The position numbers and the translations under genes were made by a program. DNA of 64,000 nucleotides, from the NCBI GenBank assembly GCA_030650605.1, contig JAUSDP010000020.1:13486-77485 (forward strand). Reading direction: 5' to 3'. Each line of letters opens with the position of its first letter. Positions within the stretch are counted from its first letter, which is position 1. Source of the stretch: a bacterium (GTDB taxonomy: Bacteria > Patescibacteriota > Minisyncoccia > Phycocordibacterales > Zambryskibacteraceae). Under the pieces are notes generated by a model. It was not told the DNA's origin, did no database searches, and worked only from the letters and a program-made list of their open reading frames with translations. Positions 1-9,563 of this stretch are shown here, one piece after another.

Positions 1-489
1 CACTTCCCCAAGCCGCAATACTAACTCTGGCGCTCCGCCAAGAATTAACGGGTAAGCGTCGGCAAACTTCCGTGACCATGGTTCGATGCTACTGATTCTC
101 GCCGTAGCGACAACAGAACTCACTCCACTCAAGTAAACGCACACACGATCGCCTGCATCGACAACGACCCGACCTGGCGTGTGCTCCCATAATGGCCAAA
201 AACCGGCATCAAGGAGCCGCTTCGCAGCGGCCATCGCATCAACGCGTGCACCGGATTTTGCATCGTGGTCAGAACTCTTGATGAGGGCGAAATGCATCGC
301 GCCTGTTGCATCTGCTCGCCCCGACTTTTCACGCGCTCTCACACGCGCCAATTCACGCTTGTTAGTTCCGCAGCGTACGCATGCGTTTTCCTCGCGAAAT
401 AGATGGCTCCTGAACATCCGATCTACGTTACCTCCGCTGCCAGGATCACACCACATTCGTTTAACGGCTACTTCTGTCGACTCATTCAT
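1..489 (-). CDS. EVE/PUA-like domain protein, 3' end runs off the window
   Basis: Manual translation from the ATG at 489 (overlapping the stop of 486..941) is open to position 1: MNESTEVAVKRMWCD...GFWPLWEHTPGRVVVDAGDRVCVYLSGVSSVVATARI. The W...GD-x-V-x-x-Y-x-S-G...V-V-A-x-A pattern is EVE-like. Absent from the ORF track because it has no stop in the window. Confidence 0.55.
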   Translation of the reverse strand, partial: MNESTEVAVKRMWCDPGSGGNVDRMFRSHLFREENACVRCGTNKRELARVRAREKSGRADATGAMHFALIKSSDHDAKSGARVDAMAAAKRLLDAGFWPLWEHTPGRVVVDAGDRVCVYLSGVSSVVATARISSIEPWSRKFADAYPLILGGAPELVLRLGEV

Positions 490-941
490 GCGTTGCTTCC
501 CCTTTCGTCGCGCATCGAAGGTAATTTTTTCGAAAAACTCGCTGCAATTTCCTCAACTGACGGAATCGCTTCACCTGGTGCTGGAAATTCCAATACGTCG
601 ATCAGATTGCCATTGGCGGCAAAAACCTCCGACTCGACAACGCGACTATCTCCAGTACCAGCAAAATAACCAATGAATTCATGGCTTAAGCCTGAACAAT
701 TAAATACACGATTTTCTTGGTCATACTCAACCTTGAGTGTTTTAGCGAATCGCTTTTCTGACCCGATAGCAAAATCAAAATCTTGAGGCGTTTCCAATTG
801 CTCGTAACCTGGCTGGCAGCACTCCACTCCCGCAACGCCGCATGGAAATAGATCGTCAATTTTACAGCCACATTCGTCACTGAAAAGTCCGTCGAAGCCA
901 TTTTCTGTCAAATGTTTGATGGTGATTTTCTTCACGTCCAT
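486..941 (-). CDS. hypothetical protein with Cys-rich N-terminus
   Basis: 151-aa ORF in a co-directional gene run; ECGC...PC...CC motif. Confidence 0.6.
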   Translation of the reverse strand: MDVKKITIKHLTENGFDGLFSDECGCKIDDLFPCGVAGVECCQPGYEQLETPQDFDFAIGSEKRFAKTLKVEYDQENRVFNCSGLSHEFIGYFAGTGDSRVVESEVFAANGNLIDVLEFPAPGEAIPSVEEIAASFSKKLPSMRDERGSNA

Positions 942-952
942 ATTTTTCTGTT

Positions 953-1176
953 CTATATTTGGTTAGTTAAACACTCAGGTCGGTTTGCGAATTTGTGCAA
1001 GTTTATATATTTCGCAATTTCAGAGTCATTGGCTTCTGCAAATTCAACGTCATCAGCACCACAATTAGGACAGACTCCGCGAGAACCATATTCATCCTCG
1101 ATGCCGCTTAGTATCTCAGTATCGTTACCAACCCAATCGCAATCAGCACAGTGAATTTTCCGTATGCGTGCATCAT
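953..1176 (-). pseudogene. small zinc-ribbon protein, apparently frameshifted just after the start
   Basis: GAGGAG RBS plus ATG at 1176, but the coding-like frame RIRKIHCADCDW...CPNCGAD...NQI* is in a different frame with no ATG/GTG/TTG of its own. Confidence 0.4.
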
Positions 1177-1376
1177 GACTCCTCTATCACAATTGGAACA
1201 TCCACCCAGGTCTCTTGCCCTAAAGAGTCGCTAACTAGGCACTGTAGGACCTTTGAGTTGGCATTTTTTAGTAGTCTCTGCTTACACACCATCAGAGAGT
1301 CGTCCGTCCGGTCTCGTTCGGCCAGAACGTCATCAGGCGTTACTACTTGCGTCACTACCAGCCATCTCAGCTTCAT
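1173..1376 (-). CDS. hypothetical protein
   Basis: 67-aa ORF with RBS, in operon-like run. Confidence 0.5.
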   Translation of the reverse strand: MKLRWLVVTQVVTPDDVLAERDRTDDSLMVCKQRLLKNANSKVLQCLVSDSLGQETWVDVPIVIEES

Positions 1377-1439
1377 AGTCTTCTCTTATTTCTGATGATT
1401 TCTACCTCTACCGCCACCCGAAGATCGTTTTCCATTGAT

Positions 1440-1913
1440 CTAATCACAGTTCCATCCAAGTACCAGTATTACTGCACCTTCAGGAATGTCAACGTCAGAA
1501 ATTCCAAGATGATTCAAATTGGCAGAGGTTGCCTCCAGCGGATAAACGGCCTGTTGAAACAGATCCATACCACCCTCAACCAAACCAAATGTAGACAGAA
1601 AGCTGCCGTAAGCATCACGGTGTTCTTGCTTGATGTCCCAGTCCAAATTCTGCGGATCGCATGACTTGCAGAACTCTTCGTCCGTAATGCGGCTTATGAT
1701 TTTCAGACCCTGCGTAGATGGACTTAATGTTTTCACATAGCCAGACAAATAGTCGAGTCGGAATCCGTTACATGCATGTCCGCTCAGACGTTCCCATCCC
1801 TCAACATCAGAAATCGAATTCTTAAATAAGACTAGGCCCGGTGCATCGTTGTTCGGCATTTCATATTGCTGCATGCAATTATCCTCAGTCCAAGTTCTGC
1901 AAATTAATGCCAC
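1440..1913 (-). CDS. hypothetical protein
   Basis: 157-aa ORF; true start probably MQQYEM near 1874. Confidence 0.6.
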   Translation of the reverse strand: MALICRTWTEDNCMQQYEMPNNDAPGLVLFKNSISDVEGWERLSGHACNGFRLDYLSGYVKTLSPSTQGLKIISRITDEEFCKSCDPQNLDWDIKQEHRDAYGSFLSTFGLVEGGMDLFQQAVYPLEATSANLNHLGISDVDIPEGAVILVLGWNCD

Positions 1914-2091
1914 GCTCTTTGTTCACAATTCGCAAATTTTCTTTGTCGTAATCGTCAAGCTCTGCGCAATTCGCGTGCGTTAATCCAGCCTCGCGCAAAA
2001 TGTCGGCGGCAATAACTGGTGTCCTAGATGTCGCTTGGACAATTGCTGCAGCGAATAAAATACCTTTTGCAAATTCGGTGAGTTCTTCCAC
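1885..2091 (-). CDS. hypothetical protein
   Basis: 68-aa ORF, AAGGA RBS. Confidence 0.5.
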   Translation of the reverse strand: MEELTEFAKGILFAAAIVQATSRTPVIAADILREAGLTHANCAELDDYDKENLRIVNKERGINLQNLD

Positions 2092-2119
2092 GGCGATTTT
2101 TCCTTCGGTTTCACTATAC

Positions 2120-2362
2120 TTATATGCTTTTCAGCATTGTGGCTGCCAGCCCGTGTTGGATAACATTTGTTGCGCGTTCTAAATCTGCCGCACTATTCGC
2201 AAACATCAGCACATGTACTGTGCCTGTTTCGGTATCGACCGGTGAAATTCGTGGCAGGATATGAGCAGAATTTACTACCACTCCTACCGGCAAACTTTTA
2301 AACAAGGCCGTAAGAGCACTTTCAAATTCAGGTCCGTATTTAAGTTCTTTTGGGTCGTTCAT
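2120..2362 (-). CDS. hypothetical protein
   Basis: 80-aa ORF, AAGGA RBS. Confidence 0.55.
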   Translation of the reverse strand: MNDPKELKYGPEFESALTALFKSLPVGVVVNSAHILPRISPVDTETGTVHVLMFANSAADLERATNVIQHGLAATMLKSI

Positions 2363-2372
2363 ATTTGTCCTT

Positions 2373-2651
2373 TTAGTCCGCTATCATTTCAGAGAGTCTG
2401 GCAAGAACTTTGCGAGCGAAGATTGGAGCCGATTTTTTTGCTTCTTCTATCGTTTTAAAGCCGCCCGTTGTAAAACATAAATAGTGCAAATCAAATGCGC
2501 CGTTATCGTCCGTTACCGCCATCATTTCCTGACCGCCAAAACGAGCTACTTGCATAAGATTTGGTTTATCTCCAAACCATACTTGTTGAGGCATTCCAAA
2601 GGCAATTTGGCCTGTACCGTCAATATCGAGTTGCATGCTTTTTCCGATCAA
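2373..2651 (-). CDS. hypothetical protein
   Basis: 92-aa ORF overlapping the upstream stop. Confidence 0.55.
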   Translation of the reverse strand: MIGKSMQLDIDGTGQIAFGMPQQVWFGDKPNLMQVARFGGQEMMAVTDDNGAFDLHYLCFTTGGFKTIEEAKKSAPIFARKVLARLSEMIAD

Positions 2652-2845
2652 TGGCGCAATTGAAAAACCGCGAGACTAAACACTGCGATACCAATAACCG
2701 CGCCGATGACAAGATTCGCGGACGAGACACGTGGATCAACATCCACGAACATTGGGAAAAGAGACGTAATCGTAAGCATAGGGCCGCTAACTAGTCCATT
2801 TTTTGCGATGCTTCGGCGCTCCTGGTTCGTGTTTTTTGTTTTCAT
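2648..2845 (-). CDS. small membrane protein (2 TM)
   Basis: MKTKNT start chosen within the 103-aa ORF; two hydrophobic segments. Confidence 0.45.
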   Translation of the reverse strand: MKTKNTNQERRSIAKNGLVSGPMLTITSLFPMFVDVDPRVSSANLVIGAVIGIAVFSLAVFQLRH

Positions 2846-3070
2846 ATTTTTCCGTTCAATTATCGTTAAACCATTCGCCAGCGGTAATTGCTGCTGACTC
2901 ACTACCATTAAATTCACGCTCAAACCAATCCGTATGATCTGGAACCACATGTTTTGCATCTAAGACGGGAAAGCCCAATTGAATCAACTCGCGTTCAACC
3001 GCCGCTACCCACGAATCCCAGCTCATACGCATGTCGCTTCCCTTTAACTTAAATCTTGTTAAGATAATTG

Positions 3071-3098
3071 ATTATAGTTCGTAGATTGATACTGTCAA
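3071..3098 (-). promoter_or_regulatory. consensus sigma70 promoter, repeated family A
   Basis: TTGACA-GTATCAATCTACGAAC-TATAAT (16-bp spacer); near-identical copy at 4494-4521. Confidence 0.75.
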
Positions 3099-3382
3099 GC
3101 GTTATTTGAATCAATATCCGAACTAATTGCACGAAGTGCCGCCGCTTTATTTAACACGCCCCAGGAAGTAATCGAATACACCGGACCAACTTTCTCAATG
3201 CCGACTAAAAAGAACTTTGAAGCACTCTCCAGTGCACGACTGGCCTCAAGCCGCGTGCAATGTATGTCTTGCGCGATATAGTGCGCTGTGGCCCGTTCCT
3301 TTAGCCTTTCAACGGCAAACAGCGCTACTAGGTAGCGCCGTGGATCGTACTTTTCAAAATCCTTGTAATTGGCGGTCGCCAT
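3095..3382 (-). CDS. winged-helix DNA-binding protein (putative regulator)
   Basis: ATAHYIAQDIHCTRLEASRALESA HTH-like segment followed by a wing, GPVYSITSWG. Confidence 0.55.
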   Translation of the reverse strand: MATANYKDFEKYDPRRYLVALFAVERLKERATAHYIAQDIHCTRLEASRALESASKFFLVGIEKVGPVYSITSWGVLNKAAALRAISSDIDSNNA

Positions 3383-3400
3383 ACTAAAACTTTTCCATGA

Positions 3401-3640
3401 TCAAATTTCTGTCACGATAAGGTCATGCAAAGAATTGAATTCAACTTTGAGTTTCTGCTGCCTGGCGAGTTCCAGCCACCTTGCTGCCGTTGCCGATTTG
3501 TCGATCATTGGGTTCTGGTGATATCGGTCTACTGCATTAAGCCACTGTAGAACATTTGTACCAGTGAACAAGCGCACTATATCTGCCAACGACTGTTCAA
3601 GTGAATTGCTAAGCGCAAGCAAGTTATGCATTTCGTTCAT
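3401..3640 (-). CDS. hypothetical protein
   Basis: 79-aa ORF, AAGGA RBS. Confidence 0.5.
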   Translation of the reverse strand: MNEMHNLLALSNSLEQSLADIVRLFTGTNVLQWLNAVDRYHQNPMIDKSATAARWLELARQQKLKVEFNSLHDLIVTEI

Positions 3641-3824
3641 GTTTTTCCTTTAATTGGCTGGGCGCAAACGATAGATGTCATCAAAAAGCGATTCTAGGTC
3701 TGCACGTGTGCCGCGAATTTTATCTATAACTTCCTTAGACCAATCAAAATATTCAATGAATCGACTAAGCTGCCAACCAATAGTTTCCCTTGATATTTAT
3801 TCTTAGTAGAGCAGTCTGACTCAT

Positions 3825-4079
3825 TTATTGAGGGGGATCTCCAAACTCGGATAACAAAGCAGTTTTTCTACCCAATGGAGCATTGCGGTGCTGAGGCTCC
3901 TGTAATTCACTATTACATTTTCTGCAGTAACCTGACGCCTTACCCTTGGTACCTTTATCTGACCAGGTAAAATAGAATTTCTTATACGTTGGATTCGCAT
4001 CAGTAATTACTTCGCCATTACCGCATTCACAGTGCAGCCCGCCAACGTCGCGATAAATTATTAAAGCGTTTTTACTCAT
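3825..4079 (-). CDS. small zinc-ribbon protein
   Basis: GGAG RBS before MSKNAL; CECG...CRKC. Confidence 0.5.
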   Translation of the reverse strand: MSKNALIIYRDVGGLHCECGNGEVITDANPTYKKFYFTWSDKGTKGKASGYCRKCNSELQEPQHRNAPLGRKTALLSEFGDPPQ

Positions 4080-4170
4080 AAAATCTCCAAACTTTTTTTT
4101 AAGGTTCCAAATTTCTTTAAATGAGTAATCCAAAAGCCAAATTGCCTTTTGATCTCTGGATATGCAAAAT

Positions 4171-4440
4171 TTAATTGACTCTAATTGCAAATACTTTTAC
4201 TGGTTCATTGCCGAAATGTGGGTGAACAATATCTCTCACCTCATATCCTTGCCATTTTCGAACGATAATTCGACTCGTGTCGGAATTACGAGGATAAGCC
4301 CATTTAATGAAAATTCGATCAAATGTCTTACCCTCTATTCGCTTTGCCCATTTTTCGTATAGCCGAAATTCGTCCGGTTTTGTGCCGGCTTTGATCTGTT
4401 GAAAGTACTCTCCTTTTACATGAAGATGAAGATCAGCCAT
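4171..4440 (-). CDS. ASCH (PUA-like) domain protein
   Basis: LHLHVKGEYFQQIKAGTKPDEFR matches the ASCH GxKxxExR signature. Confidence 0.8.
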   Translation of the reverse strand: MADLHLHVKGEYFQQIKAGTKPDEFRLYEKWAKRIEGKTFDRIFIKWAYPRNSDTSRIIVRKWQGYEVRDIVHPHFGNEPVKVFAIRVN

Positions 4441-4493
4441 ATTTTTCCTAGTTATTCCAATGACGGGATTCTCGAATACATCTAATTACAGAT

Positions 4494-4521
4494 AATATAG
4501 TTCGTAGGTTGATACTGTCAA
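4494..4521 (-). promoter_or_regulatory. sigma70 promoter, repeated family A
   Basis: TTGACA-GTATCAACCTACGAAC-TATATT; 26 of 28 positions identical to 3071-3098. Confidence 0.7.
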
Positions 4522-4723
4522 CCGATATTTTTCCAAACGTTCGGATTAATTTGACGCGATGCGGTTGATCCTATTAAGTTATACGTAACTTGATCATTTG
4601 GGACTGCACGTTGTCCTAAATATGCCGTTTTTCACATTGCATAACGTGTCATATCCCGAGTACTTGACTCGGTTAAATTCTTCTGTATATTGGTATGCAT
4701 CAGCAATAATTATTAGGATTATC

Positions 4724-5065
4724 ATGAACGCTCCAGACTATAGTAGTATGTGGACGAACCAATTGGCGGCGACCAATCGTGCCAACAACGATGCTGCAAC
4801 TTGGGAAGAAAATTCCCAAGAATGGAGTAAATATGCGAAGCAGATGGAAGCAAAGTTAAACTGGGTGACAGAGCAAAAAAGTGGTGTTAACGCCGTTCGT
4901 ACAGCATTACTTGAGGAACTAGGCAAAAATTTGCCGCAACATTCTTTGAATAAATTGGAAAATAGAATGTCTATTTTTTTTGATGGTGTAAATCAAGATA
5001 GACAAGAGCGCGGTTTAAGAGCGCTCACTCGTGATGAGTTCAATGAAAAAAAATATTTTGGATAA
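4724..5065 (+). CDS. hypothetical helical protein
   Basis: AGGA RBS before MNAPDY; followed by a terminator. Confidence 0.6.
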   Translation: MNAPDYSSMWTNQLAATNRANNDAATWEENSQEWSKYAKQMEAKLNWVTEQKSGVNAVRTALLEELGKNLPQHSLNKLENRMSIFFDGVNQDRQERGLRALTRDEFNEKKYFG

Positions 5066-5082
5066 TTGAAAAAATTAGAATC

Positions 5083-5113
5083 TAAAAATCCACTCAAAAT
5101 CGAGTGGATTTTT
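5083..5113. terminator. bidirectional intrinsic terminator
   Basis: TAAAAATCCACTC-aaaatc-GAGTGGATTTTTA between convergent genes. Confidence 0.8.
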
Positions 5114-5121
5114 ATTTTGGA

Positions 5122-7305
5122 TTATCCGCTTACTGGCTTTCCGATTCCGCCAGTTGGCGGGCTTTCTCCGCTAGGTTTGGTCGCACTTTTTGATACCCTA
5201 CCTGGCTGCATACCTCCACGAATCTGAACGACACCCGCAGTAAAATGGCTTTTGGCTCGATCGTCCGTATCTTTTCCTATTGTCCCACTTACATGTCCGC
5301 CGACCCATGAAATTACCTGGTCCGGGATGATATGAATCAGGTTGAAGCAACCGTGAATAAGGGTTAAAACCAGAGATACGAAAACAAAGACAAAACCAAC
5401 GAACATGACAAATCCTGTCGTGCTGTTGAACTGTGCGTTTGCCATCGCTGGCGCAAACAACACCAAGAGAACTGATCCCAATACTTTCACGGCATACGAT
5501 GCGCCGAAAAATCCAAACACCATCAAAGATGGGCGCAGTAATACTCCAAACAAAAACAGATAGGCATGTTGCGATCTCTGGCCCATACCATCACCTTCTG
5601 CTTCCAAATGTGCAAATGCACCTACTGGCGCGGCGATAAGACCCTCAAGGACATTGGCGAACCATGCCATGATGCCACCGAACCAAATAATAAACGGCAG
5701 CATCGGAATGTAGACGGCCAGTGTAATTCCGAATGCAAATAGTCCGACAATAGCCATGACTGCAAAGGGTGAAAATGCATCAAGAGCACCCTTTGCTATG
5801 CCTCTAAGTGCACCGGCTCCGACAAAGTCGGCTGCCATGCCAATTACAGAGCTTTTGGCGCCTTCTGCGGCACCAACCGTAATATGCGCTGCCGTGTACC
5901 CGCCTACGGCGGCGCTGCCCATCCAAATTAGTCCGTCACCCAAATCCTTGAACTCAATAATTGGGTTGACGACGCCGTTCCCAGTAATCGTCCATCTGGC
6001 CACCATATTAGTAATGGTTTGACCAGGGCTATGAAAAAGCTTGGAAATAATTCCGTCTTCACCGGCAACAGCCGCATCTTTATTAAAGTGCTGAACATTC
6101 GCCAGGTTTTTCAATGCGGCTTTGTACGTATCACTATAGGCAAATTTGTCGGGATCCTGCGGCGCGGTGATCCCTGTTTTTCCTCCCGCTACCGCCGTAA
6201 TTGTATCGCCAATGACTGCCAGCGATTGATAAAATGATCCCAATGCCATCCAGCCCTTATTTGTAATCTCTGCTGTAATCCGGCTCATTGCTGCGTTGGA
6301 CAGCGACGAAGCTTTTGTTGATAACGCGTTCGTCACGATTTGCTCATAAATCGTGGCCGCAGCATCAAATTTCGCCTGAAAATCGATGGATCCGTTGCCG
6401 CTGATGGTCGAGTTAAGATAATCTTGGGCGAGTTGTTGCATGGAAGCGTTCATGGACGCTAATGCCGCCTTATGAGCGGCCTTCGCATCCACCACAATCG
6501 ACGACACATCGATGATATTGGAATTTGAACTCATCTCTGTCAAAGTGATCCTGACGCTTCCGCACGCGCCATCGCCTCCCGATGTTACAGGTGCCTGGCG
6601 GGAATAGCTGTAGTCCAACATATCGGCAGAATTGAATAAGGAAACATTTGTCTCCGGGCCGCCAATGTTCCCATTGATGTCTACGGAATTACTGCTTGCC
6701 ATTGAATTATCGTTTGCCACAGCCAGCATGCATAGATTTGAATTAAACATTGCCTTTGCTGTTTCTTGTGCATTCTGATGAATGACCGCTGATGCAGTGT
6801 TGAATCCGCCAAGTGATGACAGCGCTGCGGCCACTACCAAATTTGCCATGCCAATTCCCATTTTGGCAAAATACATCATGATTACTTGGGCGCCACAGTA
6901 ACCGCCAAACATCGGGACCAGAGTTGAAATACCTACGATGAACCGAATGGGAAACCAGATTGTTGAGAATCGCTGTCCCATGAATTCGCCTCCCTCTGCC
7001 GTTTGGACGGTTGCTGCCGTCACGTTATAGGCAAACCAGAAGATGCCAACAGCCAATAAGGCGGCATTGAAAGTACCGAACATGGTGCCGAGTGTTGTCC
7101 CAGATCCGGACCCTGGCAGTCCAGGTGTTTGGTAGAACGTTTCTCCAAAGGCTTCAGCGAGTACGCGTCCGGCGAGATCGGTTCCATTGCTAGCTGCATT
7201 GAGCATGCCGGACGCCGTTACACTTTGCGCTACCGCTAAGCCGCAACTTGCCATTAGCAGCAGAAATGGGATGAGATTTTTTCTTTGGAAAATGTGATGG
7301 CGCAT
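5122..7305 (-). CDS. traY: DotA/TraY family conjugative transfer membrane protein
   Basis: 727 aa; TAEGGEFMGQRFSTIWFPIR, YIPMLPFIIW, LLRPSLMVFGF and IPDQVISWVGG motifs typical of DotA/TraY. Confidence 0.9.
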   Translation of the reverse strand: MRHHIFQRKNLIPFLLLMASCGLAVAQSVTASGMLNAASNGTDLAGRVLAEAFGETFYQTPGLPGSGSGTTLGTMFGTFNAALLAVGIFWFAYNVTAATVQTAEGGEFMGQRFSTIWFPIRFIVGISTLVPMFGGYCGAQVIMMYFAKMGIGMANLVVAAALSSLGGFNTASAVIHQNAQETAKAMFNSNLCMLAVANDNSMASSNSVDINGNIGGPETNVSLFNSADMLDYSYSRQAPVTSGGDGACGSVRITLTEMSSNSNIIDVSSIVVDAKAAHKAALASMNASMQQLAQDYLNSTISGNGSIDFQAKFDAAATIYEQIVTNALSTKASSLSNAAMSRITAEITNKGWMALGSFYQSLAVIGDTITAVAGGKTGITAPQDPDKFAYSDTYKAALKNLANVQHFNKDAAVAGEDGIISKLFHSPGQTITNMVARWTITGNGVVNPIIEFKDLGDGLIWMGSAAVGGYTAAHITVGAAEGAKSSVIGMAADFVGAGALRGIAKGALDAFSPFAVMAIVGLFAFGITLAVYIPMLPFIIWFGGIMAWFANVLEGLIAAPVGAFAHLEAEGDGMGQRSQHAYLFLFGVLLRPSLMVFGFFGASYAVKVLGSVLLVLFAPAMANAQFNSTTGFVMFVGFVFVFVSLVLTLIHGCFNLIHIIPDQVISWVGGHVSGTIGKDTDDRAKSHFTAGVVQIRGGMQPGRVSKSATKPSGESPPTGGIGKPVSG

Positions 7306-7313
7306 GGCTATTA

Positions 7314-7709
7314 TTACCTTGGAATCATTGCTGTTGCGGGATCCAGTTGATCTTCTGGAGAAATTGCCAGACTGTCGCGAGGCGCAATATCGATTGGCGT
7401 TGAAATCATGTCTAATGCACCAAGCACCGCAATGCCGGCCGACGCCAGGCTGAATGCGCAGCTGGCTCCCGACATGGCTTCCATACCAGAAATAGCGGTT
7501 TCTGCGACCTCCGCTCTATTCCCGTTGGTCGCCTTTTCCGCTTTGGCCGCGAGCTGTTGCTGCTGAAAATGAATAGATGTTGGATTTAGCGTCACCGCCC
7601 CAGATTGCGCGTTAGATGGCAAGTTTCGCTTTTGTACAGCAAGATCGCGAATATTTGCAGCAATTTCAGGGTTAATTGTTTTAGTGAGTTCGTTTTTTGG
7701 AATAGGCAT
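7314..7709 (-). CDS. hypothetical protein
   Basis: 131-aa ORF directly upstream of traY. Confidence 0.6.
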   Translation of the reverse strand: MPIPKNELTKTINPEIAANIRDLAVQKRNLPSNAQSGAVTLNPTSIHFQQQQLAAKAEKATNGNRAEVAETAISGMEAMSGASCAFSLASAGIAVLGALDMISTPIDIAPRDSLAISPEDQLDPATAMIPR

Positions 7710-7717
7710 GGTATCTC

Positions 7718-8368
7718 TTACATTTTTGGTTGATCGGAATGTTCTGGCGAATCGGCAATTTTGGTTATATCCAAGTGCAATTTAAATGAATAGGCGATGT
7801 AATTCTCGTCTTCATTTAATTCATCGCCCTGCGCATCGCATACCGAAAATTCAAAATTTTCAGGAGCCGCGACCGGGACACTACTGTGAAATGTATCCAG
7901 TGCTACACCTGCATAATCTTTCAATGGTAGGTTTGAAGGTAACTGCACTTCATAAACGCCCGCTACCTTCAGGTCGTCCACATCCAAATTTTCGCTGGAC
8001 GAAATTTGGATAACGTGAACAGTCACATAAATCGGAGGCTTTACCATACCTCCCTGCGAAACTAACAACGGAGGTGGCAAAAAACCGGCAGGTTTGTCAT
8101 TTAGTCGATAATCACCGTCCGCTTGAATGCTTGCAATTATTTGCATTGCATAGTCTTTAGCAAGTTCGGGTGTTTTACGATACGACAATTGTCTGTCGTC
8201 TACAAAAACAGGATATCCATCTTCGCAACCATGGCCGACAGACCAATCGTGCAGCCCAACTTCACCGCGCATCATATTGGTTTCGCTTGGAATCATAAAT
8301 GGGCCAATTTGTGAACCTGGAGCTGCTTTCGCACATATAAGCGCGTCTGGGCCGAGGTTTTCAATCAT
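7718..8368 (-). CDS. hypothetical protein
   Basis: 216-aa ORF, GGAGG RBS. Confidence 0.7.
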   Translation of the reverse strand: MIENLGPDALICAKAAPGSQIGPFMIPSETNMMRGEVGLHDWSVGHGCEDGYPVFVDDRQLSYRKTPELAKDYAMQIIASIQADGDYRLNDKPAGFLPPPLLVSQGGMVKPPIYVTVHVIQISSSENLDVDDLKVAGVYEVQLPSNLPLKDYAGVALDTFHSSVPVAAPENFEFSVCDAQGDELNEDENYIAYSFKLHLDITKIADSPEHSDQPKM

Positions 8369-8569
8369 TTAAGCCTCCGATTTATACTCAGCATTGATTG
8401 CGCAAGCATCGCGTGCAAGCTGTTCAGTTTCGCCAGAAAAATTGTCACATGTACCGAGTCCACTGATTTGAAACGTGCGCATAACTTTCTCTCTTTATTG
8501 TCCGTAGGTATAATACCATACGAATATAAATGTCTATGTTTTCTAATCCCCCTAATCACAGGAAATCAA

Positions 8570-9223
8570 ATGTTAAATCACCAAACTACACAACGAATGA
8601 TGCTATTAGACGATTGGATGAACGAATTTCAGCCTATCGCCAATCCAAATGATGAAGGTGAATGGATGTGCCAGACGGTAAATGGACTCACTGCTGGGCT
8701 ATTCAATTTGAATCATCCGAGGGATCGAACGTTTGTCGCCCTATGGGAGCAGGATCATCCCGACTGCGTTTGGACCGTCACCGCTGAAGGATATGACGAG
8801 AGTATTTCAAACGGTCGTTGTCAGGTTAATTATGGCAATACACTATTAACGCGAATCCCGTGCCCGTTTGATTCCATGATTACGGTAGAAACGATGGATG
8901 ACGACGACCGTTTTATGATGGCATTGAACGACGGAAATGTTGAAAAGATTACAGAATATCTTAATTCTGGAAAGGCTCTCCCATTTGGTCAAATGGATCC
9001 AGATCACGTTCTTGCGATCGCTCGGGAGACTGATGGCGATCAACCTATGCAACAAGAAGCAGCCGATTTATTGCACCGCTTGATTGCTGCAGGAAGTCTT
9101 GCCGCAAATTCTCCATATGGTCATGATAGATTTCTTGTGGACGTGCTTACCGAAGAAGGATACGAGTGGGCCGCGAACGCACTCGATGGATCAGTTAGTT
9201 CCAGGCAAACCGCGCCTGGCTAA
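8570..9223 (+). CDS. hypothetical acidic protein
   Basis: AGGA RBS before MLNHQ; long ORF. Confidence 0.65.
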   Translation: MLNHQTTQRMMLLDDWMNEFQPIANPNDEGEWMCQTVNGLTAGLFNLNHPRDRTFVALWEQDHPDCVWTVTAEGYDESISNGRCQVNYGNTLLTRIPCPFDSMITVETMDDDDRFMMALNDGNVEKITEYLNSGKALPFGQMDPDHVLAIARETDGDQPMQQEAADLLHRLIAAGSLAANSPYGHDRFLVDVLTEEGYEWAANALDGSVSSRQTAPG

Positions 9224-9239
9224 CTTAGATTAATACTTC

Positions 9240-9563
9240 TTAGCGAATACGTTTGAGCGTAACCATAGGATTTTTTGCGGTATTGCGATCAACCATCGTG
9301 TAGCGGATCGCGGCCCCTTTCATCACACCATCCGTGTATGTCACTGTGACGATATTTCCATCAATGTGGTAACTGACGTGTTCAATCATTCCCATTGCTT
9401 CGGTCTCGCCATGGCGGAATACTACTTTGAAGGGAAGCGGACCTATTGCATTCCATTCGCCCTCTAGTGGCCCCGGCGATTTGCCACATCCGGCCAGGAA
9501 GATTAACAGTGTCATGCCTAAGCAGAATTTACTCAAAGATTTCATTGGTTTAGTTGGCATCAA
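9240..9563 (-). CDS. putative lipoprotein
   Basis: Signal peptide with LAGC lipobox. Confidence 0.7.
   Translation of the reverse strand: MMPTKPMKSLSKFCLGMTLLIFLAGCGKSPGPLEGEWNAIGPLPFKVVFRHGETEAMGMIEHVSYHIDGNIVTVTYTDGVMKGAAIRYTMVDRNTAKNPMVTLKRIR

Noticed and set aside
129-676. Track ORFs 129..332, 179..676 and 403..669
   Set aside because: Shadows of the longer minus-strand frames <1..489 and 486..941
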